Sequence record: DRR378314_15
Strand: one strand, 5' to 3'
Length of the DNA stretch: 45,634 nt
Shown in pieces: positions 9,812 through 18,499 of this stretch; within the stretch, counting starts at the first letter, position 1; the number at the start of each line of letters is the position of its first letter. The notes below the pieces were generated by a model. That model was not told the origin of the DNA, made no database searches, and saw nothing but the letters and a program-made list of their open reading frames with translations. The translations under genes were made by a program, and so were the position numbers.

Positions 9812-10357
9812 ATGACATTATCAGACAAAAACTACGCATTTGTAATGCACTGTGGCGAAATGGGCAGTCGTTGGGGGTTTAATCGTACAATTGGTCAAAT
9901 GTGCGGGTTACTTATTATTACTAAAGAACCTATGACGGCCAATGAAATTGCAGATGCCTTAAGCATTTCTAGGGGTAATGTCAGTATGGGGATAAAAGAA
10001 TTGCAATCGTGGCGCCTCATTAAGGTGCAGCATATTCCCGGCGACCGTAAAGAGTATTATGCTCCAGCTGGTACAATTTGGGACATGGCCAACCGCGTAT
10101 TTGAAGAGCGCAAAAAACGCGAGATTGATCCAACACTCAGCCTGCTACGCGATAATATTATAGAACAAGCCCACAACGATGATGAACGTTTCGCTCAGCA
10201 ACAAATGCAAGAGATCCACGACTTGTTAGAGACCGTCACAAAATGGTCAGCCGAATTACAACGCCTAAGCCCAGAACAACTTCAAAGCTTAATGAAACTC
10301 GGCTCAGGCATAGGTAAAGTACTCGACTTTAAAGATAAAATATTGAAGAAACCGTAG
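9812..10357 (+). CDS. GbsR/MarR-family transcriptional regulator
   Basis: FVMHCGEMGSRWGFNRTIGQ, ISRGNVSMGIKELQSWRL, PGDRKEYY, ERKKREIDPT motifs. Confidence 0.88.
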   Translation: MTLSDKNYAFVMHCGEMGSRWGFNRTIGQMCGLLIITKEPMTANEIADALSISRGNVSMGIKELQSWRLIKVQHIPGDRKEYYAPAGTIWDMANRVFEERKKREIDPTLSLLRDNIIEQAHNDDERFAQQQMQEIHDLLETVTKWSAELQRLSPEQLQSLMKLGSGIGKVLDFKDKILKKP

Positions 10358-10426
10358 CAGCGATTTTATATCGCGTCTGTGTTTATTTGGTTCTAGGTTC
10401 TAATAGTTTTTGCATCATTATCACCA

Positions 10427-10831
10427 ATGATATTCGTAGTACTTCTTCTCGCAGAGTTGCAGTTTGAATGGGCATATTCATTAGACATAATTATTCTTTG
10501 TTACTTGGCTTCATTGATCTTTTGGTTTAAGAACGCAAGTAAGCCAGCAGCATGGATTAACAAAAGTGAACTACATATCCGAGATGGCGTATTCGGTACT
10601 GATATTATCCATAAAGATTTACTAGAATCTATGCGTTATGAAATTGGCCATAAGCGGGCTGTCGCAGGTAGTAATGCAGAGGAAGCTGAGATGCACATAT
10701 TGGTTATTAAAATGAAAGGCTTTGATGAATGGAGTTTACCCATTAAGGATTTAGTAGAACATGGGCCCAATTTAAGACTTTATAAGTTTATAAGGGATAA
10801 TTTTTATAATTTGAAGCTGGTGAAAAGATAG
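10427..10831 (+). CDS. Hypothetical membrane protein, possibly N-terminally disrupted
   Basis: 134-aa ORF with hydrophobic N-terminal segments; no clear RBS; in-frame TAG at 10394-10396 upstream. Confidence 0.5.
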   Translation: MIFVVLLLAELQFEWAYSLDIIILCYLASLIFWFKNASKPAAWINKSELHIRDGVFGTDIIHKDLLESMRYEIGHKRAVAGSNAEEAEMHILVIKMKGFDEWSLPIKDLVEHGPNLRLYKFIRDNFYNLKLVKR

Positions 10832-10969
10832 CTTTCACAAGCTATAAATACAATTGTAATTAAAGTTGATATTCTCAATATTACTTTTAACATAGTAACA
10901 TTAGGTAGAAACAATATAAAACAACCCTTTAATGCTAGGCTTAGATGCAGACTGATAAGGTATTTATTC

Positions 10970-11000
10970 GTTGGGTTTCGTTACACTCTACCCAACCTAC
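10970..11000 (-). repeat. REP-like (GTAG-family) palindromic element
   Basis: Minus strand GTAG-GTTGGGT-AGAGTGTAACGAA-ACCCAAC: GTAG tetranucleotide followed by a hairpin. Confidence 0.65.
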
Positions 11001-11072
11001 GTAGCCAATATTAACGGTGAAATTACCGCTTAAAGCTTACCGCTCCTAGCTCGCTTATATTCTTTATAAACA

Positions 11073-11097
11073 AAAGCGCGAGATATACTCGCGCTTT
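11073..11097. terminator. Rho-independent terminator for the lytic transglycosylase
   Basis: AAAGCGCGAG-ATATA-CTCGCGCTTT, with T-rich tail on the minus strand. Confidence 0.75.
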
Positions 11098-11107
11098 CTA
11101 AAAACAC

Positions 11108-11138
11108 CCTAGCACCTAGTTACCTAGCAACTAGTCAT
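11108..11138. repeat. Short degenerate CTAG-containing tandem repeat (4 units of 7-8 nt)
   Basis: CCTAGCA CCTAGTTA CCTAGCAA CTAGTCAT. Confidence 0.6.
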
Positions 11139-11149
11139 CTATTAACTTA

Positions 11150-12178
11150 CTAAATCGCTGGATAACCAATGCGGTCTGATAAGTAACCTACGCTGGTGGC
11201 GAAGTAGTATGAACGGTTCCAATGCATGAGTGATTTGTAGTTATCATATGCAAGGTACATGCGCCCACCCATGTCATCTGGCATGACGAGAGCCGCTGTC
11301 ACGTCGACATTTGGTAGGTCTGTGCCGTCCATCTTACGCAGACCAAGCGCTTGCCAATCTGCTAATGAACGCTCTGAATCGGCCCAGTACTCTAGCCACT
11401 GCTTACGCGTGCGCGTTCCGCGTTTCAAGACATAGTTTTTATCAAAGCCGTCAGGCAATTTAACTTGGCGTCCCCACGTTAAATCGTCATTCCAACCAGC
11501 TTGTTTTAAATAGTTTGCGATTGACGCAAAGGCATCAGCTTGTGTGGTCCAAATGTCTTTGCGACCGTCATTGTCATAATCAACCGCGTAAGCATTAAAT
11601 GAGGTTGGCATAAATTGCGTTTGCCCCATTGCACCGGCCCACGAACCTTTAAATTTATCGAGTGTAATATGCCCTGCTTTTAAAATGTCCAACGCAGCCC
11701 ATAGTTGGTTTTTGTACATAGTTTCGCGACGACCATCAAATGCAAGTGTGACAACTGATGAAATAACATTATGACCGCCTTGTATTTTACCAAAGTTACT
11801 CTCAAGGCCCCAAAGTGCAACGATAAAGCGCGCTTGTACGCCAAATTCGTCTGCAACTTGTTCTAAAATTTCTTTATTTTCAGCATACAGTTTACGAGCA
11901 CGGTCTATTTTCCATTGCGGTACACGTTTTGGTAAGTATGTTTCAAGGGTTTCTTTTACTTCTGGCTGGTTTTTATCAGCTGAAATAACTTTTTTCTTAA
12001 ACTTAGCCGTTGCAAACGCAGCATCAATGAGCTGTTTGTCATAGCCTTTTTGTGTTGCTTCTTGTTTGAGGTCTGCAACATATGCATCAAATTTTTCTTG
12101 TGTATTGGCCAGTGCCGATGTGCTTATGCACGCACTACAAATAATAGCAGCCAATTTCGTTAATACTCTTTTAGTCAC
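11150..12178 (-). CDS. Lytic murein transglycosylase, MltB/SLT_2 family
   Basis: ALWGLESNFG, GSWAGAMGQTQFMP, AVDYDNDGRKDIW, SIANYL, WNRSYYFA; start moved to GTG 12178 (GGAG RBS, signal peptide follows). Confidence 0.9.
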   Translation of the reverse strand: MTKRVLTKLAAIICSACISTSALANTQEKFDAYVADLKQEATQKGYDKQLIDAAFATAKFKKKVISADKNQPEVKETLETYLPKRVPQWKIDRARKLYAENKEILEQVADEFGVQARFIVALWGLESNFGKIQGGHNVISSVVTLAFDGRRETMYKNQLWAALDILKAGHITLDKFKGSWAGAMGQTQFMPTSFNAYAVDYDNDGRKDIWTTQADAFASIANYLKQAGWNDDLTWGRQVKLPDGFDKNYVLKRGTRTRKQWLEYWADSERSLADWQALGLRKMDGTDLPNVDVTAALVMPDDMGGRMYLAYDNYKSLMHWNRSYYFATSVGYLSDRIGYPAI

Positions 12179-12452
12179 TCTCAACTCCATTTTGTTTTTT
12201 AAACTCAGCAAGTAAATTATCTTGTGGTGGTGGAATCTGCAAGTAAAACCCATTTTCTGTTAACGCTTGCTTAACTGCGTTTAGATCAGCAACACCTAAG
12301 TGCTCCCGTTTTGCTAAATTTATTAGCATGACATATACGGGTTTACCAAACATACCCATTAGAGGTTCAGGTACCTTGCTAAAATCATCTCTTTTTTCGA
12401 CAAAAAGAAAGGTATCCGCTTTTTTCTTACTTTTATATACCGCAGTGAGCAT
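12171..12452 (-). CDS. ycgL: YcgL domain protein
   Basis: MLTAVYKSKKKADTFLFV...DDFSKVPEPLM-MFG-P...GFYLQIPPP. Confidence 0.9.
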   Translation of the reverse strand: MLTAVYKSKKKADTFLFVEKRDDFSKVPEPLMGMFGKPVYVMLINLAKREHLGVADLNAVKQALTENGFYLQIPPPQDNLLAEFKKQNGVESD

Positions 12453-12620
12453 TATGAGCCTATAAATTCTTGCGTAACAGTGCCGCACACTATAACATGA
12501 GAGTAATAATAAGTTAGAAAAAATAGATTAGAAATTTCAACTTAATCCATATAATTTAGGCCATTTTAGCCTGTGTATATCTAGGTTTAATTTCTTATCA
12601 AATAATACAATTGAGTGTAT

Positions 12621-13325
12621 ATGTCGGACCAAATATTTGAGTTAAAGGGAAATCTATTTACGCTATCAGTGTTGCATCTGTACAGCACTGATATAAACCT
12701 TTTAGCAGAACAACTTTACATAAAAATATCACAAGCCCCACGATTTTTTGAAGGCGCACCTATCGTTGTTAATTTAATTGAAGTGAACAACGACCAAATA
12801 GACTTTGCACATCTTAAATCTTTAATTGAGCGGCTAAACTTCAATGCTGTTGGTGTGTGTAATGGCTCCGATGAACAACATGCACTCGCTAAGTCAGCAG
12901 GCCTGTCTGTTTTAAATTATTCACAAGACGTTAAGAGTGAACCTGTTAAAAAGGAGCCCAACACGTCAATTGTTGAAAAAGCCGTTCATTTACCTGCACA
13001 AGTAATCAATGGCACGGTTCGCTCAGGCCAACAAGTCTACGCGAAAGACAGAGATCTTATTGTACTTGGCGCAGTTAGCCATGGTGCAGAAGTTATTGCT
13101 GACGGCAATATCCATATATATGGAACATTACGTGGTCGCGCTATTGCTGGCGCGCAAGGTTTAAAAGAAGCGCACATTTTTTGCCAAAAGTTAGAGGCTG
13201 AACTTGTTTCAATTGATGGTAATTACTGGATCAGTGACTCTTTACAGGGTGAACACTGGGGACAGGCTGTGCAAATACAACAAAAAAACGAATCTTTAGA
13301 AATTTCAGCTTTGGTTAAAGGATAA
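12621..13325 (+). CDS. minC: Septum site-determining protein MinC
   Basis: FELKG, KISQAPRFF, VRSGQQVYA, GAEVIADGNIHIYGTLRGRAIAG. Confidence 0.95.
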   Translation: MSDQIFELKGNLFTLSVLHLYSTDINLLAEQLYIKISQAPRFFEGAPIVVNLIEVNNDQIDFAHLKSLIERLNFNAVGVCNGSDEQHALAKSAGLSVLNYSQDVKSEPVKKEPNTSIVEKAVHLPAQVINGTVRSGQQVYAKDRDLIVLGAVSHGAEVIADGNIHIYGTLRGRAIAGAQGLKEAHIFCQKLEAELVSIDGNYWISDSLQGEHWGQAVQIQQKNESLEISALVKG

Positions 13326-13330
13326 ATCTT

Positions 13331-14140
13331 ATGGCAAAAGTAATTGTCGTTACATCTGGTAAAGGTGGTGTAGGTAAAACTACATCAAGTGCTGCAATTG
13401 GCACAGGCTTAGCACTTAAAGGCTATAAAACAGTTATTATCGATTTTGATATTGGCTTACGTAATCTTGATTTAATCATGGGTTGTGAACGCCGAGTAGT
13501 TTATGATTTTGTAAATGTAATCAATGGTGATGCAAATCTTAACCAAGCACTTATAAAAGACAAGCGTGTAGAGAAGTTATTTTTGCTACCCGCTTCACAA
13601 ACTCGCGATAAAGATGCGCTAACACGTGATGGTGTTGAGCGCGTGCTTAACGAGCTGAAAAAAGATTTTGACTATATTGTGTGTGATTCACCTGCAGGTA
13701 TTGAAGCAGGTGCAATGATGGCAATGTATTTCGCTGATGAAGCAATCGTCACAACAAACCCAGAAGTGTCATCTGTTCGAGATTCAGACCGTATTTTAGG
13801 CATTCTACACAGTAAATCAAAACGTGCTGAAGAAGGGCTTGAAAATATTAAAGAGCACCTTTTACTTACTCGCTACAACCCTGAGCGTGTTGAGAAGGGT
13901 GAAATGCTTTCGGTTGAAGATGTGCAAGACATTCTTTCTATCCCATTACTGGGTGTAATACCTGAGTCTCAAGCTGTGTTGAGCGCATCAAACTCAGGTC
14001 AACCGGTAATTTTAGACTCTGAATCTGACGCAGGCCTTGCATATGCAGATGCGATTGAGCGATTATTAGGTGAAACCGTCGATTTTCGCTTCTTAGATGT
14101 AGAGAAAAAAGGGTTATTTAAACGGATATTTGGAGGTTAA
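13331..14140 (+). CDS. minD: Septum site-determining ATPase MinD
   Basis: [34 protein letters not shown]-terminal amphipathic helix [10 protein letters not shown]. Confidence 0.98.
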   Translation: MAKVIVVTSGKGGVGKTTSSAAIGTGLALKGYKTVIIDFDIGLRNLDLIMGCERRVVYDFVNVINGDANLNQALIKDKRVEKLFLLPASQTRDKDALTRDGVERVLNELKKDFDYIVCDSPAGIEAGAMMAMYFADEAIVTTNPEVSSVRDSDRILGILHSKSKRAEEGLENIKEHLLLTRYNPERVEKGEMLSVEDVQDILSIPLLGVIPESQAVLSASNSGQPVILDSESDAGLAYADAIERLLGETVDFRFLDVEKKGLFKRIFGG

Positions 14141-14141
14141 T

Positions 14142-14405
14142 GTGTCTTTACTTGACTACTTCCGCTCAGAAAAGAAAAACACCGCATCATTGGCAAAAGA
14201 GCGATTGCAGATTATTGTTGCGCACGAGCGCTCACAGCGTGGTACACCGGATTACTTACCACAGTTAAAACAAGACATCCTTGATGTTATACGCAAGTAT
14301 GTCAATGTGAATACAGATGCAGTGCAAGTTCAATTCGACCAAAATGAAGATGACTTAGCAGTGCTAGAACTTAATGTCACGCTGCCAGATGAAGAGAAAA
14401 AGTAG
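14142..14405 (+). CDS. minE: Cell division topological specificity factor MinE
   Basis: SLLDYF...[17 protein letters not shown]...[12 protein letters not shown] start after GGAGG. Confidence 0.97.
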   Translation: MSLLDYFRSEKKNTASLAKERLQIIVAHERSQRGTPDYLPQLKQDILDVIRKYVNVNTDAVQVQFDQNEDDLAVLELNVTLPDEEKK

Positions 14406-14431
14406 CTTTTTATAAAATCATCTATGAATTT

Positions 14432-14456
14432 AAGGGCGCTTTATTGCGCCCTTTTT
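14432..14456 (+). terminator. Rho-independent terminator of minCDE
   Basis: AAGGGCGC-TTTATT-GCGCCCTT followed by T-tract. Confidence 0.8.
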
Positions 14457-14484
14457 GTTGTCATACTGTGCAAGCTCTTTGGAT

Positions 14485-15153
14485 CTACATAAAATCCAAC
14501 GTTAATAAAACACGCTGGCTGTTGCGTGTAACCGCCGGAGAACGATGAACTAAGCCGGCTCCCTCTGTATCTTGCCAGTATTCTCCTTTTAATAGTGCAA
14601 CATCACCTTTCGTTAACTTTTGTACTTGTTCAGGTTTGTTAAATAACCCCGACTCTTCATCTGTCAGACCATTATTGCCAGCGCCTAATTTGGCACGATC
14701 AACATGCTCATGTGCAAGCCACTCAGTAGCAACACCTTGATAGGTTGAAACTAACCTACACGGTATTTTATCAACGTGAAAGCGTGGGCACATTGCTTTA
14801 TCTAGCATGGTTAATCGCAAACCAGCTCGTTTTAAATCAAACAAGCAACAAAACATGTCAACTTGCAACGCAATATCTTTACTCAAAATTGATACCGCCT
14901 CAGAATTACCTAAAATGCGAGTAAGCTCATCGTACGTATTCTCAGGTGCAACGGCTATTTCAAGTGGTTTTAATTGCTTGCTATTTATTAACTCATCGAC
15001 TGCCACGCAGAGCGTCTTAGCATGTTGCCTTTGCCAAATAACAATATTTACCTCAGGTTGGTAAATAGCTGCAAATATACTGGGCTCAGTACCTACAGCA
15101 GCACGTCGCGCTAATTGTTCTTCAGCTACTTTAACTGTTGCAAGGGAATTCAT
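14485..15153 (-). CDS. DUF1826-domain protein
   Basis: [54 protein letters not shown]; 4-nt overlap with the upstream GTPase stop. Confidence 0.8.
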   Translation of the reverse strand: MNSLATVKVAEEQLARRAAVGTEPSIFAAIYQPEVNIVIWQRQHAKTLCVAVDELINSKQLKPLEIAVAPENTYDELTRILGNSEAVSILSKDIALQVDMFCCLFDLKRAGLRLTMLDKAMCPRFHVDKIPCRLVSTYQGVATEWLAHEHVDRAKLGAGNNGLTDEESGLFNKPEQVQKLTKGDVALLKGEYWQDTEGAGLVHRSPAVTRNSQRVLLTLDFM

Positions 15154-16352
15154 ACACTTTCCTCCCACACTGGAAATGGGTCATTTAACGATGCCCAGTG
15201 CTCTTTACCTTTGTGCAAAATATCATCGTCTAAAAGGCAGGCATCAAGTGCATTTTTCATCGCTACTTTATCTAATGATTGCCCTATGAACACCAACTCT
15301 TGGCGCATATCGCCAAATGGCTCTTGCCATTTTTCATTGATTTCAGCAAGTGTTTCTTTATCTGTCGGCCAATGAGCTTTTGCAAGGGCTTTATAAAACA
15401 TGCCAGCAAAACCGTAATCAGCAATACCCCCCGCTTGATTCCACTGCCCACAAAAATCAGGGCGTGTTGCTAGCCAAAAATAACCTTTTGAGCGAAGCAA
15501 TTTGCCATATTGTTCAGTAGTGTGAAGGAATTTATAAAATTTATTAGGGTCAAAAGGCTTATGTGCAACATAATTAAAGCTGCTTATTCCATACTCTTGC
15601 GTCTCAGGGATATGCTCACCACGCATTTCTTTTAACCAGCCAGGTGCTTGTTGTGCCTTATCAAAGTCAAATAGTCCGGTATTCAATATCTCTTCTATAG
15701 CAACGTTTCCAGCCGATATAGGAATAATCTTAGCCTGTGTATTTAAGGCTTTTAAGATAGCGGTTAGTTGAGAAATTTGCTTAGTGCTTACTAAATCAGT
15801 CTTACTGATCAAAATAATATCAGCAAATTCAACTTGGTCGACAAGTAAATCCGTAATACTGCGCTCATCTTCTTCGCCTAAGGACTCGCCAACATCGTGT
15901 AACAATTGTGCTTGCTGATAATCATGCAAAAAATTGACTGCATCAACAACTGTCACCATCGAATCTAAAATTGCTACATCTGATAAAGAGATATTATTTT
16001 CATCAGCAAATGTAAAAGTTTCTGCAACAGGTAGAGGCTCTGAAATACCCGTGGACTCAATAACTAAATAATCAAATAGCCCTTGATTAGCAAGCTTTGT
16101 TACTTCTATCAATAGATCTTCTCTCAAGGTACAGCAGATACAGCCGTTACTCATTTGAACCAGTTTTTCATTATGATGATTGAGCGATACCTCGTTTTTA
16201 ATAACAGCGGCATCGATGTTGATGTCACTCATATCATTTACGATAACGGCCACTTTTAAATTTTCTCGGTTATTTAAGATATGGCTTAGCACTGTGGTTT
16301 TACCAGCCCCAAGAAAGCCAGACAAAACTGTGACGGGCAGTTTCTTATTCAT
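15150..16352 (-). CDS. zigA: COG0523/CobW-family zinc metallochaperone GTPase (ZigA-like)
   Basis: [59 protein letters not shown]. Confidence 0.88.
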   Translation of the reverse strand: MNKKLPVTVLSGFLGAGKTTVLSHILNNRENLKVAVIVNDMSDINIDAAVIKNEVSLNHHNEKLVQMSNGCICCTLREDLLIEVTKLANQGLFDYLVIESTGISEPLPVAETFTFADENNISLSDVAILDSMVTVVDAVNFLHDYQQAQLLHDVGESLGEEDERSITDLLVDQVEFADIILISKTDLVSTKQISQLTAILKALNTQAKIIPISAGNVAIEEILNTGLFDFDKAQQAPGWLKEMRGEHIPETQEYGISSFNYVAHKPFDPNKFYKFLHTTEQYGKLLRSKGYFWLATRPDFCGQWNQAGGIADYGFAGMFYKALAKAHWPTDKETLAEINEKWQEPFGDMRQELVFIGQSLDKVAMKNALDACLLDDDILHKGKEHWASLNDPFPVWEESV

Positions 16353-16380
16353 TTTATAGCTCTTTAATTGATACGATTTG

Positions 16381-16403
16381 GTAATGTTATATTATATCGA
16401 TTG
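16381..16403. promoter_or_regulatory. Candidate Zur box
   Basis: GTAATGTTATATTATATCGATTG resembles GAAATGTTATAnTATAACATTTC; ~30 nt upstream of the ZigA-like gene. Confidence 0.7.
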
Positions 16404-16708
16404 AGTTTGCTAGCTAACGTGTTTACTAACTTTTTTTACAACCACGTAATATATGTTGGGCTGGGAAATTTTAGTATGATAAGCCACTCAATTAGCCAAA
16501 ATTGACGTTATTCTATTGCTTACTTGATGACTTCACTGGCCAAAATTAAAATACACTTTATATAATTACCCATATACTTACTAATACGTTAAGCTCGGAT
16601 TTAAGCATTTTTTTATTAAGGTAATTTTTTCACTATCACTTAAGTTGTATACCCAAACAATAAATGGCGATTTTTAATAAACTGAAAATATTGTTCAGGA
16701 GAAAATGG

Positions 16709-17368
16709 ATGAAGTTTCTTATTTTTTTAGGCACTGTGCGCGACAGTACGCCACCAAGACCTGCTCGTTTAGGGTTGCGCGTTGCAAAGTCATGCCTTCG
16801 TTTTTTACAAAATAGTTACCCTAGACATCAATTTGAATTAATTGATCCATTGGATTACCCGTTAGACCCCGTGTTTAAACCGCAATTTGCCTATGCTAAA
16901 GGTAAAGCCCCCGAGCCACTCAACACCCTTGCAGAAAAAATTGCCACAGCTGATGGCTATGTTATGGTAAGTCCTGAATATAATCATTCTATGAGCCCTG
17001 CTCTTGCTAACCTTTTAAATCATTTTGCAAGTTCATCATTCTCCTACAAGCCGAGCGCTATCGTTACTTATTCCGCGGGGCAATGGGGCGGTATGCGCGC
17101 AGCGGTTGGTATGCGTACATATTTAGCTGAACTTGGTTGTTTATCGGTCTCTGCAATGATTCATATTCCTAAAGCACAAGACGTGTTTAAAGAGGATGGT
17201 ACTCATACAAATACTGATGAGGAAAGCGCATGGATGAACTATTACAACCGCACATTTAATCAGTTAATGTGGTGGGCATCAGCAACACACCAATATAAAC
17301 AAGAGGTTAATCCAAATGAGATGGTCGGCGACTTTAAAAACTCTCCATCACAACGAAATGCACCTTAA
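16709..17368 (+). CDS. NADPH-dependent FMN reductase (flavodoxin-like) family protein
   Basis: FLGTVR, ADGYVMVSPEYNHSMSPALANLL, KPSAIVTYSAGQWGGMRA; start moved to ATG 16709 after AGGAG. Confidence 0.85.
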   Translation: MKFLIFLGTVRDSTPPRPARLGLRVAKSCLRFLQNSYPRHQFELIDPLDYPLDPVFKPQFAYAKGKAPEPLNTLAEKIATADGYVMVSPEYNHSMSPALANLLNHFASSSFSYKPSAIVTYSAGQWGGMRAAVGMRTYLAELGCLSVSAMIHIPKAQDVFKEDGTHTNTDEESAWMNYYNRTFNQLMWWASATHQYKQEVNPNEMVGDFKNSPSQRNAP

Positions 17369-17432
17369 CTTATACGATTAGACCCTTTAAAGGTAGAGTT
17401 TAGCTCGGCTATTAAATTATTTATTACTCGGG

Positions 17433-18431
17433 CTAAACCAAGCTACTGGCATTATTCAATTTATCTTCTTTTTTTGATTTAACCGCATAATTAAAGCCTG
17501 GTTGAATGCAATATGAGCCATAGTCTCCCGCTTTATTTAATGCTAAAAACCCCACCTGAAATTGCTTATAATTACCTAACTTACTTGCAATACGTTCAAC
17601 AGCTGCCTTGCATGCATCTGTTGGCGACATTCCTTGGCGCATCATTTCGACTACAAGGTGGCACCCTACCGTTTTCATCATCAATTCGCCCATTCCTGTT
17701 GCTGTTGCTGCGCCAATTTCATTATCTACATATAGCCCTGCCCCAATTATAGGTGAATCACCTACTCGCCCTGCCATTTTAAAAGCTGCACCACTGGTGG
17801 TACATGCTCCAGATAAGTCACCATAGCTATCAAGTGCTAACATACCTATTGTGTCGTGGTTTTCAATGTTGATAACAGGTGCGTATTTAGATTCCACCAG
17901 CCAATCTTGCCACGCTTTCTTTGCTTTTGCTGTGAGTAAATTTTCCTCTACAAATCCCCGTGTTTTAGCAAACTGCAACGCGCCTTCACCAACCAACATA
18001 ACATGCGGTGTTTTATCCATTACTAATCTAGCAACTGAAATTGGGTGTTTAATATTTTGAAGATAGGCCACTGAACCACAGTTTTGATTTTCATCCATAA
18101 TACATGCATCTAGTGTAACGTTACCTTCTCGATCGGGGTATCCGCCATAGCCAACCGTCATCACATCTGGGTCGGCTTCAGGGATCTTAACACCTGCTTC
18201 AACTGCATCTATAGCTTTGCCTTTATGAATAAGCACTTGCCAAGCGGCTTGATTTGCAGCTAAACCATGTTGCCAAGTTGACACAACAATGGGCATATTG
18301 CGTATTTTTGACTTGTTGGTATTGGTGGCTATCTGCGGCATATTTGCCAGACTTTTATTCGTTAGTGTTGAGGCACCGAACGCGAGTAAAGCTGTAATTG
18401 ATTGTTTTAAAAATGTTCGTTTAGTATTCAT
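17433..18431 (-). CDS. N4-(beta-N-acetylglucosaminyl)-L-asparaginase (glycosylasparaginase, Ntn hydrolase) with Tat-like signal
   Basis: PIVVSTW, VGYGGYPD, TLDACIMD, TPHVMLVGEGA, autocleavage HD|TIG, GRVGDSPIIGAG, TGMGE; N-terminal TKRTFLK. Confidence 0.9.
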   Translation of the reverse strand: MNTKRTFLKQSITALLAFGASTLTNKSLANMPQIATNTNKSKIRNMPIVVSTWQHGLAANQAAWQVLIHKGKAIDAVEAGVKIPEADPDVMTVGYGGYPDREGNVTLDACIMDENQNCGSVAYLQNIKHPISVARLVMDKTPHVMLVGEGALQFAKTRGFVEENLLTAKAKKAWQDWLVESKYAPVINIENHDTIGMLALDSYGDLSGACTTSGAAFKMAGRVGDSPIIGAGLYVDNEIGAATATGMGELMMKTVGCHLVVEMMRQGMSPTDACKAAVERIASKLGNYKQFQVGFLALNKAGDYGSYCIQPGFNYAVKSKKEDKLNNASSLV

Positions 18432-18458
18432 TCTTTAACCTAGCTTTTCATCAATAAT

Positions 18459-18487
18459 AAAAAAGGCCAGAATAAGCTCTGACCTTT
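18459..18487 (-). terminator. Rho-independent terminator between the CBM lipoprotein and the glycosylasparaginase
   Basis: Minus strand AAAGGTCAGA-GCTTAT-TCTGGCCTTT then TTT. Confidence 0.65.
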
Positions 18488-18499
18488 GGTCTGTTAAAA

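Noticed and set aside
12179-12253. N-terminal extension of the lytic transglycosylase in the ORF track
   Set aside because: Overlaps ycgL; a better GTG start with RBS and signal peptide lies at 12178
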